Assembly: GCA_049516615.1 (NCBI GenBank)
Contig: JBEKSZ010000004.1
Location: forward strand, 3,170 to 67,169
Source of the DNA: Candidatus Acidiferrum sp.
Lineage (GTDB): Bacteria; Acidobacteriota; Terriglobia; Acidiferrales; UBA7541
DNA: 64,000 nt
Direction of reading: 5' to 3'
A program made the position numbers and the translations under genes. Numbering within the stretch: position 1 is the first letter of the stretch; every line of letters begins with the position of its first letter. The notes under the pieces are model-generated. The model ran no database searches. It saw only the letters and a list, made by a program, of their open reading frames with translations, and had not been told where the DNA came from. This document shows positions 38,401 through 47,924 of this stretch, piece after piece.

Positions 38401-39810
38401 CTACTGAACGTGCTCGCCAATCAAACTTGCAGGCCCGGCATCGACGACCCGCACATTCACATAGCTTCCCAGCAAGTCCGGGGCGCCCGATGTGAAGTTC
38501 AGCACGCGATTCGAGGACGCGTGGCCGGACCAGCGATTCTCGCGGCGGGATTTTCCGCTGACCAGAACTTCCATGGTCTGGCCGATCATCTTCGCATGGC
38601 GCGCGGTCTGAATCACCCTTTGCACCTCTTGCAGCACCGCGAGACGCCGGCTTTTTTCTTCTTCCGGAATCGGATCGTTCATAGCCAGCGACGGCGTGTT
38701 GGGGCGCGGCGAGTATTTGAAGGCAAACAGCGCATCGAAATGCACTTCGTGGAGCAAACTTAGAGTTTCCTCAAAATGGTCCTGGGTCTCCCCGGGAAAG
38801 CCCACAATAATATCCGTAGTGATGCTGATCGTGCGTTTGGCGGCGCGAATCAGGGCGATTTTCTGCAAATATTCCTCGCGGGTGTAGGTGCGTGCCATGG
38901 CCCGCAATATCTCAGATGATCCGGACTGCACGGGCAGGTGCACGTGATCACAGAGTTTTGGCTGGGCATCCATCGCGGCTACGATGTCCGGAGTGAAATC
39001 GCGGGGATGCGAGGTGGTGTAACGGACGCGACGGATGCCCGGCACGTCGGCTACCGCGAGCAGTAATTCTGAAAATTTCGTGCGGCGGGCGGTAGGGTCA
39101 GAATAGGAATTCACAGTCTGGCCGAGCAATTGAACTTCGGAGTAGCCCAGTTCCGCCAATTGCCGGACTTCGCGCAAGATGGAGTCGCTGGCGCGGCTAC
39201 GTTCCGGTCCGCGCGTGAAAGGAACCACGCAGTAGGAGCAGGCTTTGTCACAGCCTTCGATGATGGTGAGAAAGGCGCGGAAGGGATTGTCACGGCGGGT
39301 GATTTCGGTCTCGAAAGTCTCGTCCGTCTCGTTGTCGAGACCCGTGACGCGGCGCTCCCCGGCCTCCAGCTTATCGAGCATTTCCGGGAGTTTGCGGTAG
39401 CTTGCTGAACCGCAGACCAGGCTGACCCACGGGGCCCGCTTGAAAATGTCCTCGCCCTCCTGCTGGGCCACGCAGCCGAGGACGCCGATGATTTTGTCGG
39501 CCTCGGAGGAGCCGCGGAACTCCCCGAGACGGGAGAAGACTTTTTGCGCGGCTTTTTCCCGGATGCTGCAGGTGTTGTACAAAATCACCGCGGCGTCGCT
39601 AGGCTTCTCCACCTGGCGATAGCCACGGGAAACCAGCACACCGGCTACCTTTTCGCTGTCGTGGTCGTTCATCTGGCAGCCGAAGGTTTCCAAGAAAAAT
39701 GTGCCGGTGCCCGCCCGGGCGGCAGAACGCGGGCTCTCGGGCCCCAGGGCATGGCGGCCGGGCGGCTTGCCGGTCAATTGGTCGAGTGCGACGTCGAATG
39801 TGCTGGCCAT
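38401..39810 (-). CDS. miaB: tRNA-2-methylthio-N6-dimethylallyladenosine synthase
   Basis: TFGCQMN, NTCSIREKA, GCVAQ, CDKACSYC, TSHP, HLPVQSGS, DIIVGFPGET, TRAM domain. Confidence 0.97.
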   Translation of the reverse strand: MASTFDVALDQLTGKPPGRHALGPESPRSAARAGTGTFFLETFGCQMNDHDSEKVAGVLVSRGYRQVEKPSDAAVILYNTCSIREKAAQKVFSRLGEFRGSSEADKIIGVLGCVAQQEGEDIFKRAPWVSLVCGSASYRKLPEMLDKLEAGERRVTGLDNETDETFETEITRRDNPFRAFLTIIEGCDKACSYCVVPFTRGPERSRASDSILREVRQLAELGYSEVQLLGQTVNSYSDPTARRTKFSELLLAVADVPGIRRVRYTTSHPRDFTPDIVAAMDAQPKLCDHVHLPVQSGSSEILRAMARTYTREEYLQKIALIRAAKRTISITTDIIVGFPGETQDHFEETLSLLHEVHFDALFAFKYSPRPNTPSLAMNDPIPEEEKSRRLAVLQEVQRVIQTARHAKMIGQTMEVLVSGKSRRENRWSGHASSNRVLNFTSGAPDLLGSYVNVRVVDAGPASLIGEHVQ

Positions 39811-39818
39811 GCTTCGCC

Positions 39819-39827
39819 AGTCTATCA
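39819..39827 (-). promoter_or_regulatory. Extended -10 box of a probable leaderless miaB promoter
   Basis: TG-A-TAGACT 8 nt upstream of ATG 39810. Confidence 0.5.
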
Positions 39828-40220
39828 CATGCATTTTTCCTGCCGCGGGTTCTTCGCGCGGGGCGGATCAAGTGCGGGGGACGGGTGTGAAGATTCTTAC
39901 GGACCGCCCGCGGGGTGCTTTCGCCGCGTGTGCCCAGAAAAGGCGTGCCAAGGAGGCTGCGGCGGGCACCTGGTCCGGGCGTTCTGCGCATCTGATCAGC
40001 AGGCGGGCGGGTTGCCGGTGTTTTTTATTTTTGCGCTCCGGGCATATCCTTGCGCGCGTTCGTTGCGTCTCCTGCTTGCGTATGTTAGGTTTCTCAAGTC
40101 TCGGAAATTTGCGCCTAAACGCCGTCTGCAGACCAATTCTTTGCTCCAGCACTCACCGTCAGTTGGCAGATGGGTGGCAAGCGGGCCATTTATCCAATAC
40201 CTTTTACTGAGGGGTACAAC

Positions 40221-40907
40221 ATTCTTCCGTTCGCAACTTTGCTGATCACCGACCTTGGAAACATTCTTAGCCAAACGGGCTGGGTGGCCCGGGTGGTTCT
40301 CGTGCTGCTTCTGGCTTTCTCCGTGATTTCCTGGGGCATGATCTTTCAAAAGCTCGGGCTCTTTGCGCGCATCCGGCGCGAGAGCGACCAATTTCTGCGG
40401 ATTTTCCGTGCCACGCGCGGGGTGGCCAACCCCCAGGCGCTGGCAACCGCCGGTTCGCCGTTTGCTTCGGTGTACGCCTCCGGTTTCCGGGAATTGCAGA
40501 ATCAGGTGAACCCGACTGGCGCGGCGGGTGCCACGGGTCACTTAAAGAGCTTGTCGGCGGTGACGGTTAGCATGCAGCTGGCATCGGCCGAAGAGGTGCG
40601 ACGCGCGGAAAAGGGGATGTCCTGGCTGGCTACCACGGCGTCGGTGTCGCCGTTTATCGGGCTGTTCGGAACGGTGTGGGGAATCATCGACGCGTTTGCG
40701 GGGCTCGGCGGGGCGGGAACGGCTACCTTGCGGGCGGTGGCCCCGGGCATTTCCGAGGCCCTTTTTACTACCGCGGCGGGGCTTTTTGCGGCCATCCCGG
40801 CGGTTATTTTTTATAATCATTTTTTGCAGAATATCCGGGATTTGGGGGGACGCCTGGACACCTTTGCGCTGGAGGTGGCGGCGCAGATTGAGAAGACATT
40901 TACCTAG
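40221..40907 (+). CDS. tolQ: TolQ (MotA/TolQ/ExbB family)
   Basis: FSVISW..IFQK, LATTASVSPFIGLFGTVWGI, VAPGISEAL..TAAGL.AAIPAV.FYN. Start uncertain (ATT 40221, TTG 40239 or ATG 40170). Confidence 0.9.
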   Translation: MLPFATLLITDLGNILSQTGWVARVVLVLLLAFSVISWGMIFQKLGLFARIRRESDQFLRIFRATRGVANPQALATAGSPFASVYASGFRELQNQVNPTGAAGATGHLKSLSAVTVSMQLASAEEVRRAEKGMSWLATTASVSPFIGLFGTVWGIIDAFAGLGGAGTATLRAVAPGISEALFTTAAGLFAAIPAVIFYNHFLQNIRDLGGRLDTFALEVAAQIEKTFT

Positions 40908-40983
40908 GGCGCGGAAAACGAACGATTGACGCCGAGAAAACCGCCAAGCCGCAGAGGGCCGAGAGAAGAGCAGAAAAAAGCTT

Positions 40984-41400
<417 letters not shown>

Positions 41401-41430
41401 ACCTGAGACCCTAAAACGGGTTCGCCAAAA

Positions 41431-42240
41431 ATGAGCAGCACTGTCCATTCGTATTACGCGCCGCCGGACGACGAGTTTAGTCTGACGAAATTTATTGTCT
41501 ATTCCGGGGCGTTGCACGCGGTGGCGGCCATTCTGATTGCGGCGTCCATTTATTTTAATTTCCATGGCAATCAGTGGGCTGGTGAAGGCGGGGATTTGGG
41601 CGGGACCAAGGTGAACCTGGTTAGCTCGGCGGGAATCCCTATGCCGCGCCCCATCGTGCCGACGGAAAGCCAGGTCGTAGATCCGACCCAGGGACTGCAC
41701 GAAATCGAACCCCCGGCCATCGACAATACGCCTGTCGACACCACCCTCCCGCAGTTTGAAAAAAACAAGCCGCTGCCGCCTTCGCACAAGTCGAAGGTGT
41801 TCGAGAAGAAGACGCCACCTCCGCCGAATGCAGTCCCTTATGGTGGGGGCGGGAGTCCCGATATTCCCACGGGATATTCCATGAATCCCGGCGGATCGTC
41901 GGGAGTGGCGATTCAGGGAGCTGGTGGCGGGGATTTCGCCAGCCGTTACGGATGGTATGTCGCGGCCGTCAAGCGGAAACTGCAGTCGAGCTGGGATGAG
42001 AACACCATCGACCCCAATGTGCGTGCGGCTCGGCGGGCCAAGTCCACGGTGGAATTCACGATTCTCCGCGATGGCACGGTAAAAAATCTAAAAATCTATC
42101 AAGCCAGCGGCAACACGTCTCTGGATAATTCCGGCTTGCGGGCGGTCCTTACTGCGGGCTCCATGCCTCCTCTTCCGAACGATTACAGCTCTCCCCAGGT
42201 TGACGTAATCTTCGACTTCGATTTGAGTCAGCAGCGATGA
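41431..42240 (+). CDS. tolA: TolA/TonB-like energy transducer
   Basis: N-terminal TM with S-x3-H (SGALH), Pro-rich linker, TonB_C/TolA_C-like domain (FTILRDG...SGN.SLD.SG.RAV). Positioned between tolR and tolB. Confidence 0.75.
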   Translation: MSSTVHSYYAPPDDEFSLTKFIVYSGALHAVAAILIAASIYFNFHGNQWAGEGGDLGGTKVNLVSSAGIPMPRPIVPTESQVVDPTQGLHEIEPPAIDNTPVDTTLPQFEKNKPLPPSHKSKVFEKKTPPPPNAVPYGGGGSPDIPTGYSMNPGGSSGVAIQGAGGGDFASRYGWYVAAVKRKLQSSWDENTIDPNVRAARRAKSTVEFTILRDGTVKNLKIYQASGNTSLDNSGLRAVLTAGSMPPLPNDYSSPQVDVIFDFDLSQQR

Positions 42241-42361
42241 GGGGCGCCGCCGACCTTTCCCTGCCCGGCGGTTCCCGGCCTCTGAAGAGGTGCGTTACAC
42301 TTTATTTTCGATGGCGATCGCTCGCCCACGCTTGGCGTCCAACTTGTTGCGGAGGTTTGCG

Positions 42362-43711
42362 TTGAGATTTATAAAGTCTTACTCGTATTCAATTCTATTG
42401 TTTGCCGCGCTGATGATGGTGGGCTCGTCGCCCGGCGGCGCGCAGGACTGGTTCCGCGCCGGGACGGGTCTTGGCGACACCAACAAGCCGCGCGTGGCGG
42501 TGGCCGATTTTGGCCCGCGGGCAGACGGGGCCAAGCCCCATGCTTCCCTTTTTACCCAAGTGGTCCGCGATGATTTGCAGTTCAGCGGGATACTGGATTT
42601 CGTGAGCCCGAGCCTGTACCCCACCACCGCGCCGACGCTGCCCAACGAACTGCGTAATCTGGACTGGACCAACGCGCCGGCGAACGCCAACCTGGTGGCC
42701 TTTGGAAACGTGGTAGAAACCCCGGCAGAGGTAGCCATTCAGGCCTGGCTTTATGATGTGCGCAATCCCTCGTCGCAGGCGGTGATTGGCAAGATTTACC
42801 GGGGCACGCCTTCGGACACGCAGGTGCGGCGCTTCGCGCACCAGTTCGCGGACGAAATTATCAACAAGCTTTCCGGCGGGTTGCCGAGCGTGGCGGGGAC
42901 GCAGATCGCCTTTGTCAGCTTGCGGAACGGCGGGACCAAGGAAATCTGGGCCATGGACTACGACGGTGCGAATCAACACGCCCTGACGTCGCTGCACACC
43001 ATATCGCTGACACCGCGCTGGTCGCCGGACGCCTCGCGCATTGCCTTCACGTGTTTTGCGACCTTCGCAAAGGTTACCGGTCCTCAGATTTGCATGTACT
43101 CGATGGACTCCGGCAAGGTGGTGTCTTTCCCGCGCTACAAGGGCACTAACGTTACGCCCGCGTGGTCGCCGGACGGCTCGCAATTGATCTTTTCTTCCTC
43201 CATGGGCGGGAATCCGGAACTGTACGTCAGCGATTCGAACGGTAGCCATCCCAAGCGCTTAACATTCTCCAATGCGGCGTGCATGTCTCCGGCCTGGAAC
43301 CCCAAGACGGGCCAGACGGTGGTGTACGTTGGCGACCGCGGCGGAGTGCCAAAGCTGTACATCATGAGCGTGGACGGGACCGACAACGCGGAGCTCGATG
43401 TTCCCGACAAGGGCTATTTGGTCGACCCCGCTTGGGCGCCGAACGGGCAGCTGCTGGCTTTCAGCTGGCGGCGGCCGACGGGCAACTACGACATTTACGT
43501 GATGGACGTGGCCACACGGCAGATCATCGAGCTGACGCGGGACGCCGGGCGAAACGAGCGGCCGAGCTGGGCTCCAGATGGGCGGCATATCGTGTTTGAA
43601 TCCACGCGGGGCGGCAACCGGCAGATTTGGACGATGCTGGCGGACGGCTCGCAGGCCCATCAACTGACGACGGCGGGACATAATGAGTCGCCGAACTGGT
43701 CGCCGCGGTGA
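42362..43711 (+). CDS. tolB: Tol-Pal beta-propeller protein TolB
   Basis: TTG after GGAGG; RFAHQFADEII, WAMDYDG, repeated P.WSPDG (PD40) blades. Confidence 0.94.
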   Translation: MRFIKSYSYSILLFAALMMVGSSPGGAQDWFRAGTGLGDTNKPRVAVADFGPRADGAKPHASLFTQVVRDDLQFSGILDFVSPSLYPTTAPTLPNELRNLDWTNAPANANLVAFGNVVETPAEVAIQAWLYDVRNPSSQAVIGKIYRGTPSDTQVRRFAHQFADEIINKLSGGLPSVAGTQIAFVSLRNGGTKEIWAMDYDGANQHALTSLHTISLTPRWSPDASRIAFTCFATFAKVTGPQICMYSMDSGKVVSFPRYKGTNVTPAWSPDGSQLIFSSSMGGNPELYVSDSNGSHPKRLTFSNAACMSPAWNPKTGQTVVYVGDRGGVPKLYIMSVDGTDNAELDVPDKGYLVDPAWAPNGQLLAFSWRRPTGNYDIYVMDVATRQIIELTRDAGRNERPSWAPDGRHIVFESTRGGNRQIWTMLADGSQAHQLTTAGHNESPNWSPR

Positions 43712-43981
43712 TTCCCGTCCGCGAGCTGGTGGTCCCGATCGATTCACGGAGGCAAGACCGGGTCGAGGCCTGGTGGCCAGACCGTGCCCACTTGTACTGC
43801 GCAGTCGGGAGAGCTGAACCCGGATGAGCACAAGGGCAAATTTTCTGCTTGGGGATCCCGCGATACGATGTTTAACATATCGTGATACGAGATATTGTAT
43901 CCGTCGCCCAGGTTGCAGCATCTAAGTGAGGACGGAAGTACGCCCCATAGTCAAAGAAGTTCAATGCCGAGGAGAATAGCA

Positions 43982-44737
43982 ATGAATCAGGTTATGCGAC
44001 CGCACTATCGGGCCCTGTTTTGCCTGACGTTGGCTGCCGCGCTCTTCACGTTTGGCTGCGCGAAGAAACCGGTGACGCAGTCGACGCCGCCGCCACCGTA
44101 CGTGCCGCCACCTGCCACGCCGACGGTCACGCTGCAAGCTAATCCGACTTCTGTCAACGCGGGGGAGAGTTCCACGTTGAACTGGTCTTCGAGCAATGCG
44201 ACGCAACTGACGATTACGCCGGATGTCGGACAGGTCACCGCGGAAGGCTCGACCAAAGTAACGCCCACGGATTCGGCGACGTACACCATTACGGCCACCG
44301 GCCCCGGCGGCTCGGCGAACGCCAGCACGCGCATTACCGTGGCCACCGCTCAGCCACCTGCAGACACCGGCACCAGCTCGGACATGACGGATGCGCTCTT
44401 CCTGAAGGAAGTCCGCGACGCCTATTTCGATTTGGACAAAGCGGACATCCGCGCGGACGCGCGAGAAGCGCTGTCGCACACGGCGGAATTTCTGCGTAAC
44501 TACCCGCAATTGAAGGTGACTATCGAGGGGCATTGCGACGAGCGCGGTTCGACGGAGTACAACCTGGCGCTGGGCGATCGCCGCGCGGCGGCCGTCAAAC
44601 AGTACCTGGTCTCGCAAGGCATTTCTGCTGATCGCCTCAGCACCGTGAGCTTTGGCAAAGAGAAGCCTTTCTGCTCCGAGAGCAATGAGGATTGCTGGCA
44701 GAAGAACCGCCGTGGGCACTTCGTAAAAGCCAATTAG
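43982..44737 (+). CDS. pal: Peptidoglycan-associated lipoprotein Pal with extra N-terminal Ig-like domain
   Basis: Lipobox FTFGC; TLQANPTSV..GESSTLNW...YTITATGPGG domain; OmpA-like YFDLDK, IEGHCDERGSTEYNLALG.RRA, SFGKEKP, NRR. Confidence 0.95.
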   Translation: MNQVMRPHYRALFCLTLAAALFTFGCAKKPVTQSTPPPPYVPPPATPTVTLQANPTSVNAGESSTLNWSSSNATQLTITPDVGQVTAEGSTKVTPTDSATYTITATGPGGSANASTRITVATAQPPADTGTSSDMTDALFLKEVRDAYFDLDKADIRADAREALSHTAEFLRNYPQLKVTIEGHCDERGSTEYNLALGDRRAAAVKQYLVSQGISADRLSTVSFGKEKPFCSESNEDCWQKNRRGHFVKAN

Positions 44738-44764
44738 CTGGCTCGGCACGAGGTTTAGGGACCT

Positions 44765-44806
44765 GCTCCGCCTCGGCTCGCAAAAGGCCGAGGCGGAGCT
44801 TTTTTT
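44765..44806 (+). terminator. Strong intrinsic terminator after pal
   Basis: Perfect 13-bp stem GCTCCGCCTCGGC / GCCGAGGCGGAGC followed by T7. Confidence 0.9.
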
Positions 44807-44993
44807 GGCTGAGGCCGCCGGAACGGCAAAATGCCGGCTTCGCCAATCGCCCTTGCTCGGCTAACCCTCTGCCGTTAAAGTAGAATGAGAGCTCAGCCCA
44901 GCACAATCGCAGGTGCAATGCACAGGCGGCCCGGCCGCCACTCGCCCGTCAGTTCGCAGTCGGCTTCAGCGGGCTTTTCGAGGAGGAAGTGAA

Positions 44994-45908
44994 ATGCGCG
45001 CACGTAATCTTGCAATCTTTGCGGCTGCGGCGATGGCCGGGGTTCTGGTGGGCAGCGCTCTTGGCCCGCGCCCGGCCAGCGCGGTGTCCCGCGAGATCAT
45101 CGACTTGCAGCATGACGTCACGGCGCTGCTGCAGGGGCAAAAGGATCTGGCCACGCAGATGACCCAGGACCACACGGTGATGAAGACGCTGGTCGAGCAG
45201 TCGAACGACAACGTGGGGAAGCTGAACGCGACGATGAGCGCGGTGCAGAAGTCGGTACAGGACGTTCAGGCTAATTCCGGGGCGCGGCTCGATACCATGT
45301 CGACGCAGGTGCAGGGGCTTTCCGACAATTTGGAGGAGATCAAGTCCCGCCTGGGCAAGCTGAATCAGCAGATCGTGGATTTGCAGAATACCGTGCAAGG
45401 GATTGACGCCAAGGTTTCTGGTGGAGCGCCTTCCGGCGCACCGACGAGCAGCCCGAGCGCCCTGCCTAACGGATCAGGCGGCGCGGCCATGAGCTCGTCT
45501 CCTCTGGGCGGGCCCGCACCGAGCGCGGATACGCTTTATTCGAATGGACTGCGCGACATTACCAGCGGCAAGTATGATTTGGCGCGCTCGGAATTTCAGG
45601 ATTACCTGAAATTTTACGGCGACACGGATTTGGCGTCGAACGCACAGTTTTACCTCGGAGAGATTGCGTTTTCGCAGAAGCAATACGATCAGGCGGTGGC
45701 GGAATACGACAAAGTCCTCACCAATTATCCCAAGAGTTTCAAGCTGGCGCCCGCGCATCTGAAAAAGGGATTTGCGCTGATCGCCATGGGCCAGAAGCAA
45801 GCCGGGATCAAAGAACTCCGCGACGTTATCAAGCGCTATCCTAAGACCGACGAAGACCAACGCGCGCGCGCCAAGCTGAAGGAACTAGGGGCTCCGGTTC
45901 CCGCTTAG
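44994..45908 (+). CDS. cpoB: Tol-Pal system protein CpoB/YbgF
   Basis: ATG after AGGAGG; signal peptide, coiled coil, TPRs (GKYDLA..EF..Y, ASNAQFYLGE, KRYPKT.E...A). Confidence 0.9.
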   Translation: MRARNLAIFAAAAMAGVLVGSALGPRPASAVSREIIDLQHDVTALLQGQKDLATQMTQDHTVMKTLVEQSNDNVGKLNATMSAVQKSVQDVQANSGARLDTMSTQVQGLSDNLEEIKSRLGKLNQQIVDLQNTVQGIDAKVSGGAPSGAPTSSPSALPNGSGGAAMSSSPLGGPAPSADTLYSNGLRDITSGKYDLARSEFQDYLKFYGDTDLASNAQFYLGEIAFSQKQYDQAVAEYDKVLTNYPKSFKLAPAHLKKGFALIAMGQKQAGIKELRDVIKRYPKTDEDQRARAKLKELGAPVPA

Positions 45909-46020
45909 GAGCTAAGGGCAGCTTCTGCTGGGGTAGCGACGGCGAACCTCCCTGGCTCGGACGCCGAGACCTTGCCCTGACTTATGCGTTACGCGCGCGC
46001 CACTCCCGCGCCGCTTTATT

Positions 46021-47703
46021 CTACTTTTGACCGGGGCAGCCTTCGCTGATGGACGTAAGGGTGTTGTTCGCTGCCGTCAGCTTGCAGGAATATTCGCCGC
46101 CGCGTGAGTCGATCGAGCTGTAAGTCTGCGAACTCTTCTGCCCCGAATTACCCGTGATGTTGAACGAGGAATTGAGCTGCAAGTTATCCGTGCTGCTTAC
46201 CGCATTGTCCAGCGAACTGGCGAAGAAGGGCTCGAGCACCTCGTGTTTGAAGTGCTGCTGCGAGGTGGTGATGATGTTCAGCGAACCGTCGGCGTTGAAC
46301 TGTTCGGTGATATTCAACGTCAGCGGATATTGAAACGATTGGAGCGATGCGAAAATCTCGCCGTGGTCTAAGGTGATGGTGCGTGAGTCCACGGTGGTTT
46401 TTTGCGTGATGTCCTGGACGTAGAGGTTGGCGGTTATCGAAAAGTTCTGCGCATTGCTGAAATTCACGGTCTGGTGGACGTCGGTGTCCACGCGCCCGTG
46501 GGAAGTCTTCACATATCCGGAGACGTGAAAATCCCGCGCGGAAGTGACGGCGACCGTTCCGGTGATATCGCCCGATGAATCGGTTTGCAGATTCTCGACC
46601 ACGTTGGGTACGGGACCCGCGCCAATGGTGTTGGCGGTAACGGCGCCGGTGACCTGCTTCGCGTCACGATCCTCAAACACGAGAAGCGTGGCTGTGGCCA
46701 GAAAGTAGCTATCGGCGTTGAACACACTGAGGGTTACGGTGTGCGGCTGACCGTTGCTCAGCAGTCCTGCGAAGGGAGTCAAATCGAGGCGATACGGCTT
46801 GAAATTCAAGGTCTGTACGCCGGGCAACGGGAACCACAAGAACGGATCAATGCCACCGGTAAAAATCCAGGGGTAGACGGGCGCAACGCCGGCGGGCTGC
46901 CCGTCGATGCTGATCTCTGCTTCGCGAAACGAGCTGTTTCCGCAGCTCTGCAGTTCGCTGGCTACATCGTTGGGCACGCAGGTGTACCAGAACTCGTCGT
47001 CCGACTGGCTTTGGGTAATGACGTCGAGGTAGGCGCGCTCGACGTTCTTCGGCAGGGTAAACGTTTCGGACAGTTGCGAGGTCGTGGCGCTCAGAGTGGC
47101 TGCGCCGCCAGCGGCGTCGGGAAGCGGGTACAAAGCGTCGGCGATCCGGTGATCATTATCCGGACCGTGATGCGCTGGATAAAATTCCAGAATGGCGCTG
47201 CCGGAAATGACTCCCGTATAGGTGCTGTTCACCAAATTGCCGAGGTCCACTTCGCCGGACTGCGCGCTGGTGAACAGGGCGCTGTAATCGGTGACATCGC
47301 GTTCCACGTGCCAGGAGGGCGAGAGCGTGTTTCCCGGTTCGGGCGTGGTGCCGTAATAAATATTGACGTGCCCCAGCAAGATCTGCGCCGTGCGGTCATA
47401 CTGCACACCCGCGGTCACGTTGAAGTCCGCGCTGAAAATCACTTTTTCCCAAGGCCCGGCGCAATCGGCAGGCGGGGCATACTGGTAATACCGGGGATTG
47501 AAATCGTTGAACAACACGCCGGAATAGAGCTGCACGAGGCAGGGTTTCTCATTGGGATGGGAAACCGGCGGATCCGCGGTAACGGTGTTCTGCGATCCCA
47601 CCACAGGACTGTATTGAGCGATGGCCGCGGCCGGCAGCAACGCCAGCCCGGCAAGAGTGGCGATAGATACAATTCGGCGAAGGTGGCAATTAATCAGCTG
47701 CAC
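46021..47703 (-). CDS. Peptide-N4-asparagine amidase (PNGase A / acidic PNGase family), secreted
   Basis: GTG after GAGGAG; signal peptide, TADPP, GVQYDRT, TPEP, DEFWYTC, FREAEI.IDG..AG.AP..P.IFTGGIDP.LW.P, LDLTPFAG. Confidence 0.9.
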   Translation of the reverse strand: MQLINCHLRRIVSIATLAGLALLPAAAIAQYSPVVGSQNTVTADPPVSHPNEKPCLVQLYSGVLFNDFNPRYYQYAPPADCAGPWEKVIFSADFNVTAGVQYDRTAQILLGHVNIYYGTTPEPGNTLSPSWHVERDVTDYSALFTSAQSGEVDLGNLVNSTYTGVISGSAILEFYPAHHGPDNDHRIADALYPLPDAAGGAATLSATTSQLSETFTLPKNVERAYLDVITQSQSDDEFWYTCVPNDVASELQSCGNSSFREAEISIDGQPAGVAPVYPWIFTGGIDPFLWFPLPGVQTLNFKPYRLDLTPFAGLLSNGQPHTVTLSVFNADSYFLATATLLVFEDRDAKQVTGAVTANTIGAGPVPNVVENLQTDSSGDITGTVAVTSARDFHVSGYVKTSHGRVDTDVHQTVNFSNAQNFSITANLYVQDITQKTTVDSRTITLDHGEIFASLQSFQYPLTLNITEQFNADGSLNIITTSQQHFKHEVLEPFFASSLDNAVSSTDNLQLNSSFNITGNSGQKSSQTYSSIDSRGGEYSCKLTAANNTLTSISEGCPGQK

Positions 47704-47924
47704 AGGAACACTCCTCGGCGGGGACTCTGGACGCACCAAGTTTCGTCCAAAGTATATGGCAAAGCCGCTAGGCGGAGGAAGGACAAAAAATTCCGGCTAC
47801 GGCGGGGCATGGCGGGACCATGGCCTACTCTTCTCGATGCCCAGCCGCGGCTGCCGCGGCTCTCCTGCCTTACGCCCTTGGGATATCATGGGTCGGTCAA
47901 GAATTCGCAATTGCTCGTCGAAAA

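Noticed and set aside
39934-39951. TTGGCACG sigma54-like -24 element on the minus strand
   Set aside because: The -12 position reads TTCT rather than TTGC.
43870-43880. GTTTAACATAT resembling a XerD half-site upstream of pal
   Set aside because: Inner base mismatched and no partner arm; better explained as promoter/palindrome sequence.
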